A stretch of 64,000 nt of DNA from Ophelia neglecta (Eukaryota), in NCBI GenBank assembly GCA_965285935.1, contig OZ260662.1, positions 6,076,001 through 6,140,000 on the forward strand, written 5' to 3'. Positions 32,978 to 46,860 of this stretch are shown piece by piece (within the stretch, counting starts at the first letter, position 1; each line of letters begins with the position of its first letter). The translations under genes and the position numbers were made by a program. The notes below the pieces were generated by a model. That model did no database searches. It was not told where the DNA came from and saw nothing but the letters and a program-made list of their open reading frames with translations.

Positions 32978-35489
32978 TATTTAACTTTTTTTTTACTTTT
33001 TATCGTGAGTTGATCGAAAGTTGATATTGATGCTGCCAGGCAAAGCAGTTGATCGATAGTAGAGATGGATGCTGGGTTGCACAGTAATTAATGGTTATCC
33101 TTGTCGAGATTAGTGCTGCCTTGCAACGTATTTGATGGTCCCGTATGAATATATTCCTTGCACCCGGCTTGATTGTTTATTTGGGATCGCCGATTTTGCT
33201 TTGTCTCTATCTTTGTTCACTATCTATTTTCTTCTAGTTTCTCTTCCTGTGGTCTATTTTGCGCGTCCTTTTTATTGTAACCTGCTCTCTGACCTTGAAG
33301 ATCTCAGGGCTTGGCTCGGGTAAAGCATGTTAAGTAGATCTTATCAGTTGTTTACCACCTTACCATCATCTTGTTAATCCCACTCTTCGTATACAAGAGA
33401 AAACGTCAACCCTTGTTGTTAGACACAGCTACTATATACAGAGAAATCATCAGCCCTATAAGATCATTGCGCATGTCAGCAACAACAGACATTTGCTTCA
33501 TCATGTCGAGTGTAAAGTGTGTCGAGTGTGATGCTGAAGGGTCTGACTCAAATTCAGGGTTAAACAATAAAGGTCAAGCCAGCAACTGTCAGATCACTGG
33601 CATTTACTGTTGCCTACCTTAACTTTATTTTGATTCAAAACAATGGTACCTGTCTTTGGCTAGAGTTGTAGTTTATCTGGGCCAAACATTAGCCATCTTT
33701 GAAGTTAGCACTCATTAAGTATCTCCCAGAATGATGCTCGGCAGACATGGGTATAAAAGCAGTGATTGCCGCATCATTTTAGTTTCTTAATTGTAGAGCT
33801 GTGGATGTTGATGATCCAATGAATGTAACTAATGCGAATAGGTATCACATTTAATAAGTTAAATATCATTGGCCCAGCTCATGGCTTTGGTAGAGAACAG
33901 ATGCATTTGGAAGTTGTTTTAAATCTTTTGGGTGTAAATTAGCATTTTGCAATTAATTTGGGATGACGTTGTCATTTATTACCAGAATAGCCCTTTGGTG
34001 AAACGCCGCCCAACTTGAGTCGGGGTGACCGTCTGTGATCAGGCAGTGTCAGGGGGTTTGCCCGACTTCGGGTAATAGCAGGGTAAGTTACATGTGAGAG
34101 GTATTTTCTTGCACCTGTTCTATACAGCTGAGAAGTCAACTGTCTCTGAAACTCACCTGTACCTCAGGTAATTGTGTGATCTCATAACGGCAGTCCCTTA
34201 CTGGACAGATATTCTAAAATATCTGTCTATAACAACAGTCATTGTTTATAGCCTAATTGCAGTCATTTAATATTTCCATATCTACCTCTTTGGTTTATTA
34301 GATTATAGTAGTATGGAAGATTTTACTCTTTAACAATATGGCAATATAGATTTTGTTGTTGGTTGCATATCCTCACCACATTTAACTTGTATAAAATCAT
34401 TAAGATCCTGGTCTGGCTATAGCTGATGGGACAAGCCATCTGTCATGTAGTGTTGCACGGATTGTGGTTCTTCCAACACCGCCAAGTACCATAGTTAGCT
34501 ATCATGCTACCGACAGGCCTTCAGCACTGTACTGGCCACCAGTCCTAACATGGACAACACATAAACTCCTTTTAATACCTGACACCCTGGTCTTTTACGA
34601 GCCGGCAATAGCGTTTTAGTCTTTTTTTACGAAATTAACCTGGAAGTACAAAGGCGAATAATAGTATGGAAAATTGAACATGAAGCTAGAAACAACTATC
34701 GGAACTGCGCATTGACATTGTACAGAGCTGACAATTCATATAAAGATAAAAAATATAAGATAAATATCCCGTAGCAACAAAAGTGAAAAGACAATAAGTG
34801 ACCAACTAAAGACTTAAATACGTTGAATTTGAATCAACGCTATGTGTTTCGTAACACATGCGTAATAAGTCTCCTATCGTGTCACCATGAATGTAATGTA
34901 GTCTCCGGGGGAGCTACAAAGCATATCAATGGTTTCTCACTGGCATCAAGTGGCTATCGAGTGTCCGAAGACCATAATAACGTCATACCTGCGTAAGCAG
35001 GTGAGGCTTATTATGTAATAACAAGCTAATCTCAGGTGTGAAATTTCCTAACTACTGCCTGCTCGCCTCTGATCAGGTGACAACAAGGTCAGACAAGTGG
35101 TGTTTTATTTCAGGATGTTGTACACGATTTTCTGGTCAATTATATTACAAAGGGCATATTTCTAACTCAAAACCCCACCTGGTTCCCTCTTGTGGCTCAC
35201 GGCATTCAGTCCAATTCACACCTTACTGTTTTATCTTATTAGGAGGTTCCTTGTCTCTATCAAGATTCATTAAAGGTGTGTTTGACTTGGACATAAAGGA
35301 CGTACACTTGTACGGAATCGGGTAGAGGGTATGAATTCAGTAAATTTGTAAATTTGTCCAGAAAGGAAAGGAACCCCTCCCAGCCCCCTCCAAACAAACA
35401 CCACCCCATTCCACTCCTCGCCTGACATTGTGGATAACAGTTGGATGAGGTCGATTCAGGTAACATCAGAACTGTTCTTGATATTGTCC

Positions 35490-36385
35490 CCCTATAACCT
35501 TCAGGTACAGTCTGTTATCATTTTCCAATAACCTCAACGTACAGCGTGTTATCATTTCTTAAAAACCTCCAGGTACAGCGTGTTTTTGTCTCTCAGTAAC
35601 CTCCAGGTACAGCGTGTCACTGTCTCCCAGTAACCTCCAGGTACAGCGTGTTACTCTCTCCCAGTAACCTCCAGGAACAGCGCGTTACTGTCTCCCAGTA
35701 AACTCCAGATACAGCGTGTTACTGTCTCCCAGTAACCTCCAGGTACAGCGTGTTACTCTCTACCAGTAACCTCCAGATACAGTGTGTTACTGTCTCCCAG
35801 TAACCTCCAGATACAGCGTGTTACTGTCTCCCAGTAACCTCCGGGTACAGCGTGTTACTATCTGCCAGTAACCTCCAGGTACAGCGTGTTACTGTCCCCC
35901 AGTAACCTCCAGATAAAGCATGTTACTGTCTCCCAGTAACCTCCAGGTACAGCGTGTTACTGTCTCCCAGTAACCTCCAGATAACGCGTGTTACTGTCTC
36001 CCAGTAACCTCCGGGTACAGCGTGTTACTCTCTCCCAGTAACCTCAATGTACAGCGTGTTACTCTCTCCCAGTAACCTCCAGGTACAGCGTGTTTTTGTC
36101 TCCCAGTAACCTCCAGGTACAGCGTGTTACTGTCTCCCAGTAACCTCCAGGTACAGCGTGTTACTGTCTCCCAGTACCCTCCGGGTACAGCGTGATACTG
36201 TCTCCCAGTAACCTCCGGGTACAGCGTGATACTCTCTCCCAATAACCTCCAGGTACAGCGTGTTACTGTCTCCCAGTAACCTCCGGGTACAGCGTGTTAC
36301 TCTCTGCCAGTTACCGCTACGTACAGCGTGTTACTCTCTGCCTGAAACCTTCATGTACAGGGTGATATTTTCTCCAAGTAACCTC
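35490..36385. repeat. 34-bp minisatellite, ~26 copies
   Basis: CAGTAACCTCCAGGTACAGCGTGTTACTGTCTCC. Confidence 0.95.
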
Positions 36386-39300
36386 AAAGAAGTGTATGTT
36401 ATTTTTATAATCTCACAACCCGATTTAAAAGAAACACGAATTAAAAGAAACAATTTTAACCTACTTATTGCAGTTACCTACAAACCCAACCTGGTTTCAT
36501 GCGTCAATGTGGTATCTTAGTCTCCATAACTACCTGGATTATAAATATATAGCCTTGGTGAATATATCTATTATTTGGAAATTGCGTGGAATTACAATAA
36601 TCAGTATGTAAAAGTTGGATATATGTGTCCACTTTAATATGTTTTTTATAATGAAGATGAGTTTGAACTTTTTAAAATTAACAGTTAGGTACAGACATGG
36701 GGTAAGGGTACACTAGTATTTCAGCTGATCATGTGGGCTGCTTTTCACTTAGTCCCTTATCGTCCGATCCCTTTGTACTGTATGTTCACTGATGGTCCTT
36801 TATACACATTTATGGTTCCAATTACACTGTAGTGCCTTTGTTGCAAACACCTCGGGTATAATGTTTAAAGGTAATGCTGTCAAGAACGGAAATCAAGAGG
36901 GAAACCTCTCCTAATTATTGTAAATTTAACACCTATAGGGGTTTCTCGAGAGACAGGCTTAAGCCAGCGGTTAATGTCGGCTATTGTCTCTCTTTAAAAC
37001 ATAGACTTTCAATAATGTGTAGAAAATCACCTTAAACAAGACCGGGAATCTATACTCCTTAATACCAAGTACTCGTATAGCTACTGATTGAAGTCAGGAG
37101 CGGATACAAGAGCGACATTCTTCCTTATAATACGTTATTGTAAACTGAATCTGAACTCAAGTCCAACACATAAAAACATCATCCATTTGTATTATCATCA
37201 TATTACATATTTACCAAGCCTCCCGGAGACCAATCTAAAAGCACGTCTCTTTATTATCTTAAGTTTTACATGCATATAATGTTATTGCATTTACAACTCA
37301 AACCATTCATTGTACAAACCAACCAAATTTCATACATAATCATAGTACGTTGTCATTTGATGATTTAAACATACCCGTATAGAGGCCCAGTCTTCACGAG
37401 CTACACCCCCTAATCTATCGATTACCACCGCCACATTAAATAACTAAATTCACTAATTCCGCAACTTAAAACCGAATATATTTGCATTATCATAGAATGT
37501 CCTCACCTATCGATCATTGATCAACTCATTAACTCACCTGTGCACACCAATATCTCACCTAAACACCACATTAACCCCTTATAACCCACATTTATCCCGT
37601 ATTAACTCGATTAACCTCCCTGTTTACCCTTTAACCTGTTTACCAAGAGTCAATGTGTGACAATTTGCACCAGTCACTGCTACCATAAACCTCTATTGGC
37701 TGATAAAGATCTCTTCTGTCAGATAAGGAGCCCACCATTTTTTATTTCCCACTAGGGAAAATAATGAAATAACATTTTAGTAAGTCCACGGGACAGGATT
37801 TTCCACTATAAAGAGTCGGTGGAACTTAACAGCCGAGGGACTCACAAACTTTCACCTGGTCAATGGACGGCAAGGGTCCCCTATGAAATAAAACCACACG
37901 GACTTTGTGTATGAAAATCTTAAAATGTATACATATATTAACAAATGGCGAAATGATCCTTAAAACATGCACACCATTTCTTTACACACGTTTCTTTCAC
38001 AAAGGCCTAGACATCTATTTAAACTAGGGAAATGTACGTGCCCTTGGGGAACCAGGGAACGGTTTTGGTAAAACAAAGGAGAATATTTAATTGACACATA
38101 TCGGAAATCGTATCAAACGGACAATTTGTTTTCAAGTTGTTTTCTTATATTTGTATTCAGGCTCGTTATTCAAATTAGCAAACAATTAGCACTTTAGAGT
38201 GAAAGCATAAGTCTTAAGGGCATTATTTAACTCGAAAATTTGACTAATACATACACCTAGCAAAAGGCATGCTCTGTAGTGGTGTGTGTGGAAAACGTTA
38301 AGGAGTGCTAGGTTGAAATCAAAAGTGCGAAATACAATTTTACAACATTACCTCAATACCGAAAGACTCTATTCATCAGCTTGGGAAACAATGTATTCAT
38401 ATTGGTATAGAATTTGGCTACTTTGCACCGTAAATTGTCTTGAAGTGTTATATGTATTTTCAACGTCACAATTCATTGGTTTGAAACATAAAGAGTGTAA
38501 TACAAATTAACAAACGCATTGGCTACCTTTGAACTAATCAAGGTGTTATCTATGGTAATTTAATGCCGAGTTGTATAATTACATGTGTGATGTAAAGAAA
38601 AAAACTGTCAAAATACCTGCGCTGTACAACGTTTTATATGATATCCAACATTATAAGCTTATATTTTATTAGTTTGAAGTATGAGGAGGGAAATGCAAAT
38701 TTACATTCGCCTTGTTTGTGTTAGGAAGAACCCATATATTGTCTATATATATATATAATTTGACGTAGAGGTGTACAATATATGTGTGGTGGGAAGAAAA
38801 AAGATGGAGACAATGTTTGACTTAATAACAACCTGTTTGACACTCCAGTGCTCATTTATTATAAAATAAAATGCAAATAAAGCCCCCTTACGTTAGTTCT
38901 CTTATCAAAACACGTGACCACTTACTGATACCCGATAGACAAAACTCACTGAACAAAACTTGTTTAATTAAATGTGTTTACATTCATCAGGAATTTTCCT
39001 TCGCGTCATCACACAAATATGTCTCTATTCATGTGGGGCTGCAGCGCACAGTTCCTGATCACGTGACCGATTTAATAAAGACGGAGACATTTGGCCTTTA
39101 ACCATGTCAGAGAAGAATCGAAAAACGTTTAAAGCAGCTATAAGCATTCGGCTGATGAGTATATGGCTCCTCGAGGAGCTGGAGACCATAAAGTCATTTT
39201 GAGGACTTAAGAAATTGGGGCAATAACCCTGTCAGGGAAATAATTACTCGCTCCCGGTAAACCCACATCTTGAGGATATTGTGACGTCCTTTATGTGTAT

Positions 39301-42300
39301 TAATTGGGTTTAACAAAGCCATAGATTTTCAATATCATCAAAACAGATCCAGGGAATCTGGAAATACTAGGTGGGATTTCTACGCCGACGAGTAAATTAG
39401 GGCCAGCAATTACTTTTATGGGCAGGAGTGGGCAATTACCTTTGTGGCCAGATTGTTTAAGTTGTTACATACATAGGGCATTGAACCAAAATAATGAGAG
39501 CGAGAAACTTGAAACTGAAGAGGGCAGTAGATGGTGGCGGGCTCATTCTTAATACAAATCATAGACAAATCAAGATTTCCGGTCTGTCGAGTGAAGAGTT
39601 TTAATTGTTTTGATCGTTGTCCAGGCTTTGTGTGGTCTCTGTCGTGGTATTTTGAGATGGTAAACGGTCATGTTTCATGAATGTATCCTCAGCCGAGGTA
39701 CCTCCCCAAAAATTTAAATAGACAGCTCGGTAGCCACAGATTCATTCAGGATTAAATGCTGTTTGTCCTATGTCAACTGCGATCGAGAACCTCCCGTCTC
39801 CTCTCAATATTCTTCACTGGTGTATTTGCGGTTGATTTCTTGTCTTAGGGAGACAGTTTTTCCTTCAAAACTAAAGAGCCTTCAAGTCCGTAGTAAAATA
39901 AATGCGCATGGTTCTGAAGACTTGCACTTGGTTTGGCGTGGTCAATACTCCTGAAGAATAAACTATCTGTATTTGTGTGTGAATTTTGTTCGACTTGTTA
40001 TTTCCATTCCTAATGGAATGAAAACAACACCCTAAGTGGTTTTATTACCATTTTAAGCTCACCGTCAATTCAGGTTTACCTAAGACAATAACAATAAACA
40101 CCCAGCAGTCCTTTTGTCACTGGCTAACAATAACACCTAAGCCACTTTAAGCCAAGCCCTGGCCACGCCAACATGTTAAGTCGGGACGTTAACTCCAAAT
40201 GTTAACTCTGACATTTGTATCAGAGAGATGGCTGTTGTCCCCCGGAGTATGCCTATAGCTTGTACTGATAAAGCTGTCTTCATTCACGTGGCCAAAGAAA
40301 TTCCATGTTAGGTGTGACTGAAAGATTTTATTCGCAGATAGTTCAAATCACAAAATTTAGCTAAATTTGCACAATGGTACCATCGATATACAATGATGTT
40401 AGGAGTGAACCCTTCGAAGTATCATGGCTAGAAGACATAGACACGATGATCTTTCTCCTTTTTTCTCACCTGAGGCTGTCATTGCCAGCTCAGAATGTGA
40501 CTTAAGACTGTCAGTGGGAAGAGTTCAACAAGACTGTGTTTAACAAGCGGACTAATGTCAATGAAGCAAATAGGTGTTAAGGGTTATTTCACTAACACTG
40601 GCGTCCCAATTTGTTAAGAAGAAACCTATCTGTATACCACCTGTGTCTACCAGGAACAGATCAGGAATCGGTATTCAAGACTATGCTAATCAAGATAGAA
40701 TAAAGGGAGCTAGTGTCCTGTTGTTTTACTTATCATCGCCTATCACAAGAGTGTTGGTGTCTTAGCCTGACTTTTCCTGTCTATCTTGTTCAATCCGATC
40801 TCCCTTTTGTTATATGTGTGATAAGCCTTTTGGAGAGGTAGCTCTTAGAATCAATAAAGACTCCGCCCTACCTCCCTCAAAGAGACCTATCTCTGTGTCG
40901 GACCCTACTTCCCTCAAAGACACCTACCCCCGTGTCAGGCCCTAAACTTGCCCCAATAAAACGTACCTCCCAGCGGTGTCCCTACCTTGTATTGTACATT
41001 GCTTGTAAATGGAATAGACTGTCTGTTGATATTATCAGGTGTTATCATGGACTTCTTCTGTTTGTGTCTCTGACTCCCATAACAGACTGAGCACAGTTCA
41101 TGAGATCTGATCAATCATTATGTCATAAAGGACCCTGGAGGGAGTCCACCGGCCACCGTCCTTCACTGTACTCACCTACCTCTACCCGACCACTGCCCAT
41201 CACATGTTAAAGGGAGTAGGAACAATATAAAAGAGACCCTATCTACCATTACCTTTACATAATCCCCACCGGGACTCTACCTACCGCTGCTGTTCCTTTA
41301 CAAGTCGAGGAAACAGATGTTCATTTAATATGAATTGGCCTCACGACACAAGCCCACGGTTATCATAAACACAAACCGACGGTTACCCCCAACACGCACC
41401 CCCATTTGTCCTGATGGAGGTCTGATGACTGCTCTGGCCGGGGTTCTTTACTTTCTATTGTACGGGAGCAAGTCTCTTAATTGCGGACAGCAGGTCTAAG
41501 TATTACAAATCATCCCGGAGGGCGGACATTTTGTTAGGTTAATGACTTTAAAACTAATATCAGGTCCCTATTCCACACTTAGACAAGAACGGTGTTAATG
41601 TTTTTTGAGATTTGTCAGTATTGATTCAGCCCTCGGGGCTGGGCAGAGAAAGAACTTTTCACATTCCACTGGCACTCCAAGTCAGTTAATGATTCCCCGC
41701 ACAACTTAAACCCTGTACAATCCGCTTGCCCACTGTCCTAGCAAACGTCAGGTGAAAAGTCATGTGATCTGCAAAGACTCGCACGCCTAGACAAATAATT
41801 CCTATCCCACTAATGGCCGTTTAAGAGACGTGCATATATTTAGGACCCCGCAATAACATTTACCTTTGGGATATTGTCATTTAGAATGTTTTCTTAGGGA
41901 TAAATTGTCTTTCACAAGCAATGGCCAATGCTTCCCAACTACATTTAACGGAAGTCACGTGACCCCCCAGTTTTTTTACAGACGGTATTCACGTTTAAAA
42001 AGACAGGTTGGATGTGCTTGTTTGAGAGCATCACAATAGGAAATCCAAGGGAGGCAGGTAATAACTTGGAAGCTTCTTTTAATCCTAGCCAATGACTTCT
42101 TCGTGTGTTTTTTACCTGCTCCTCCTGCTTAACATGACATCATAATATAAATCTCGCGCTATATATTTCTTTGAACTCATTCCACAGGAGCCTTGAGTAT
42201 TTGATTTTAAACCAAGGATGATTACTTCCTCTGATAACACTCCACCTGAGATAATTATCATTTATCGAGGTGTGAACTGCTTGGACACATCATTTCCCTG

Positions 42301-45300
42301 AGACACTCATCCCGCCCTGCCTTATGTCGGGTTACTACAGGTTGTCGCTGGCCTGGGCTGGTGATGTCTGGAATAGGCCCTAACTGTCTCCAGTTTTCCT
42401 CCCTGGTGACAATCTCATTTCTCCTTGTTATACTTTGTCTTTGACACATACTATGACTCCGATAGTCGTAAAGCAATGCTATGGGAACACATGAGTTCCT
42501 CAGCATAGCTTAAGGGCTGGGAGGAATAAATTCACATAGAGGAGGGCAATTAAAGGTCTCATCTGGAGGGAAGGCAAAATAATAACACAGTATTAAGTGT
42601 GTTTAGGATGATAATTGATTTTAATAAGTGATCTTCTTACACTGACTTTGACTTGGAGTGGATTTTGATTGAAGTTTATGGCTTAAAGTAGAATGTGGTT
42701 TCCTGGATGTAGGGCTGTGGTTATTACATGTATGTGACAGCGAGGATACCAAGCGATTAACATCGGCACTGTCTTATTATTTTCCTCTGTTGGTTCTAGC
42801 CCCATTGAGACTTTCAAACTTACACAGTTGGTGATGGTTAACAGCTGATTAACAGGTATTGTCTACTTGTTTGTCTTTCTCCGCGGTAAGAGTCCATCAG
42901 AATATCTTAGTAGACATAGGCAGTCTGCCTAAACCAACACACACTCTTGATAATAGATTGTAAGTGGTCGATCTTAGACAACTTTTCAACTTAATAAAAA
43001 CAGAGATTTTCTACCAAATGAACCCATATGGTTTGCTCCATAGGATTATAAACCTAAAGAAAATATCCCACTAATCTCCAGGGTAGTATACAATAACTGT
43101 GTTCATACCTGTGTAACGAGCTAAGGCTAATTGGTTAATGAGCTAAACTAAGTGTCAACAACAAAAGGCAAGAGCTGTTGCTCGTGCAAACATTTTTACT
43201 TTGTTTTCTGCTTAAATGTAGGGAGACAAGGACATGACCACAGTGGTGACATCTTGTGGCCGGTTATAAGCCATCCAGTGGCGCTCAGACCAAATCCTCA
43301 GGAACCGTCTGCCCTAAACATTAACCCCTGGTTCCCTATCTGTAAATAAGTGTAAACAAAATAGAAATCACTTAAGGATGGTTAAAGACGTGGGAGAGTA
43401 TATATGCCTGGTAAAACCATAATGAGTTTTAACGACCATATCAGGTGAATCGGCGGGAATCTAGCATAAACCGTCTGTGGCAGGTTCATAAAGCATCGAT
43501 GGTCAGCTCCGTAGATTTATAAGTTCGGTAGCGAATGCAAATGGAACACCACAACACATTCGATTAAAGTCACTGCTAGTTTATGTAGTCAATGGTGTAA
43601 GTGAAACAACATAACCAATCAGTGTGAGGTTTAAGAAGGACAAAGATGAACAGTTCCATTTGCAAACGTTGGATCTAAATATGACAAAAGGCGAGACAAC
43701 ACACGTTAGTCATTTGGTTACTACTATGGTCACATCGGACTGTACTCAACCGAAGCGGTCTTACTCCAACCGAATGTAACCTCAAAGCCCTGTTATTTTC
43801 TTGTTTTCGTTGACTTCAATTTCAGATGCTCTATATACTAATGACAGAAGGACCACCAGCGAAGTGACCAGATCTGGCTGGCAGATCAGAGGTGAAGATT
43901 CCCCGTCTACATTGACAGGACAATTCTCTGGCGTCAGCTGATGAATAGAGAACATAACAAGACAGAACTTCTTTACGCCTGTCTGGTTGACAGGGAGGGA
44001 GGGGGGGGGGGTAGGTCAGGGGTGATTTTTTTGGGAGGTTTAGCTGACATTTTTAACCCAGCGACCGGAGTGATATACAGCCATTGAGGCCTTCGGACTC
44101 TGGAATTAAAATAGATCCTTGGAATTAGGTAAGACTAAGGTAGGAATTCAACATTTATGTGGGAAACTACGGTTTTAATGTCTTTTGTCGGTAGAGTGGA
44201 ACAGTAATTAAAGAACCAGGTGCATTGAACCAAAATAACGAGCCCGGCGGAAAACTTGAAACTGAAGTGGGCAATTGGTTGTGACGGGAACGAGATTTAA
44301 ACAATACAATGATAATTCAATATTTCCTTTAGGTCCGTTGAGTGGATCCTTAATTTGTTCTGACGACTGTGCAGGCTTTGTGTGGTGCCTCTGTGGTGCA
44401 CTACCGGGGTGGACTACAGACCTGTAGAGTTACATACATCTTTGTGAGTGTATCCTGGCCCGGGGTAACACCAAGCAAGTCACATAGACTGATTATTGAA
44501 ACTCTGACAGCGACAACAATGATCAAAACCTCCCAATCCATGTCCAAAACCAACCCTTGTCTCTTGGAGACGTAGCTGAGGCCGACTTCCTGTCTTTAGA
44601 GGATGTACTTTGTTCAAATGAAAACAAAAATCAGAAATGAACACATATAGCATTCCTAGCTGGGTTCTGAGGCATGTTCATAGCTGGCGACCACTTCTGG
44701 CACCCATGTTTAAAGTGCATATTCCAACTACGATACTTAAGAGACGATATTTAAAGCTTGCGAAGTTAATGTTTCTTCATTTTACTAATCATGTTAAATC
44801 TCAAGAGGATTCTATTTTCCAAACTTCAGTAGGCTTCGCCTAGCTATACCGGCAATAGGTTTAACCCTTTTCCAAAAAATAAACCCTTCTACTTGCTTCA
44901 TTGACCTAATACGGCTTTGAAAGATCCAAGCTTTGTCGATAGCCCCTGTTCACAATAACAAAACTAAGTCGCATTCAGTCAAGTCAGTCATTCTCCCAAA
45001 CAGCATCTACAATTGATCGGAGTACCTTCTGTCAGGTTTGATCCCTGTAGCAGGATACCAGGCAGTCTGCATTCAGGATGTTAGCAATACAATTGGTGTC
45101 AGCAAGGTAGCTCTTGTCACCTGAAGACGGGCGTGTTTACAGATGTTGACACCAGTCCGCCAGCATTCAAATGTTAAACTGTATCGGGGACGTGAAGGAC
45201 CGGATGTAACTTACAGACTTTAACTGGAGTCAGTTTAGATAACATCTAGACCTAACACACTGACTATATACTACCCTCTCATTAGACAGGTGTCCGGACT

Positions 45301-46042
45301 TTTTACTAAACTTTAAGTTGAATCTAATCAGATTGGTATGACTTTTGGAGACCGTTCAATCATTATGTACGTATAATGGACACCACACGGAGTCACGCAG
45401 CCACTGTTCTTTACTTGTTAAAGGAGTGTGATCAACCCACAAGAGACCCAGCCTATTATTAACCTTTAAGTTGTCACCACCAGGAGTCTGGTCCTTGTTG
45501 CTGTTTCTTCACTGGTCAAAGAAACAGATGTTCATTTCATAGGATTGTCCACACGACCAAGTCCAACGGTCAGTTCCGACACAAACCACCACAGCTCTGA
45601 TGGAATCTAATGGAGACTACGGTCATGGCTTCTGAACTTCTATTCATTAGCAAGTCAGAACGAAACTCCAAACCGCGGCCAGCATGGTTAAGTATTACGA
45701 ATGGTCCCGAAGGGCGGACATTTCGTAAGGTTGATAGCTCTAAGACTAAAATCAAATATCGGTACAACATACAGTTGATAATAATGTAAATGAAGTGTGG
45801 ATTCTGTCCCCTGGGCAGGGCAGAGCACTTCTCACCGTAAGGCACTTTACACATAGTTCATAGCAAAGCACAACTACATTCCTAAAACCAACAACACAGC
45901 TGTCTTCTTTGAAGGTCTCTGTGATCATAACGGTAAGAGACTCTCAGATACACAAGTCAACCTCAGCCGACACACCTTTTATCTCGACTCAGAGCTCACC
46001 TTAGTCCGGGGGGAGTGGGGGGGGGGGTTTGGGGCGGGGGGG

Positions 46043-46434
46043 GGGGGTTCATAAAATTTGGATAAGTTCTAGCTAGCTAAACTTTTTAGTTGGCTAGTGA
46101 AAACTGGCTAAAATACAAGCTAGATAACTTAAATTGTTAGGATGCTATAGCGTAAGCCAAAGGTATGGCTAGGCTTATTGTGGGTACAGATAGGTGCCTA
46201 TAAAAAGAGGTGCCTCCGGGCCTCAATAGATAAGATTTTACTCTCCTCGCATCGTTGATTATAAAGTCCTATAGATAGGTATTGGCTAGCTGGCTTGGAT
46301 TAAAGCTGAAGCCTCAGATTTTGGGTTTTAATTCTAGACAGCTATGCTTTATGAAACCGTTTAGCCTAGAAAATATAGCGTTATCTCAAATTATAGCTGG
46401 TTACCCACTTATCCGATTTTTATGAAACATACCC
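46043..46434. mobile_element. MITE with GTTCATAAAA..GGATAAGT terminal inverted repeats (Harbinger-like)
   Basis: Inverted match to ACTTATCCGATTTTTATGAAAC at the right end. Confidence 0.65.
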
Positions 46435-46614
46435 ACAAGTGTTTATGGCCTACTAACAGTGTTTACTGTTCTCTGCCCATTTAAAAAAAACCTAGAGGGG
46501 GGTTGGGGGTTTAGGATCCAAACAGGATTTATCTAGAAGGCAGGCATGCAGACGTTTGGGATGAGAGTAGTATAAAGGACCTTATAATTCTCGAAACGCA
46601 GTAGAAGATCACAC

Positions 46615-46860
46615 AGGTACAATACCCTGAAGTGACGTAGAGACCTCTGGCATGCCATAAGTCCTAACTATATTTAGACAAACCGATATCTGTGGCATGC
46701 CTTAACTCAAACTGCAATTAGACAAACCGATATCTCTGGACCTATAGGCCATAACTCAAAACTTCAGTTAGACAAACTGATATCTCTGGTATGGCAGAAC
46801 CCTAAATTACAGTGAGACAAACTAAGATCTCAGTCATGCCATAAGTCCAAATTACGGTTA
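46615..46860. repeat. Degenerate tandem repeat (~45 bp)
   Basis: Recurrent TAGACAAACCGATATCTCTGG...GCCATAA. Confidence 0.75.

Noticed and set aside
35490-36385. CRISPR-like array (palindromic ~34-bp repeats)
   Set aside because: Units are contiguous with no unique spacers, there are no cas genes, and the context is eukaryotic. The same applies to the arrays at 14003-14631 and 52115-52610.
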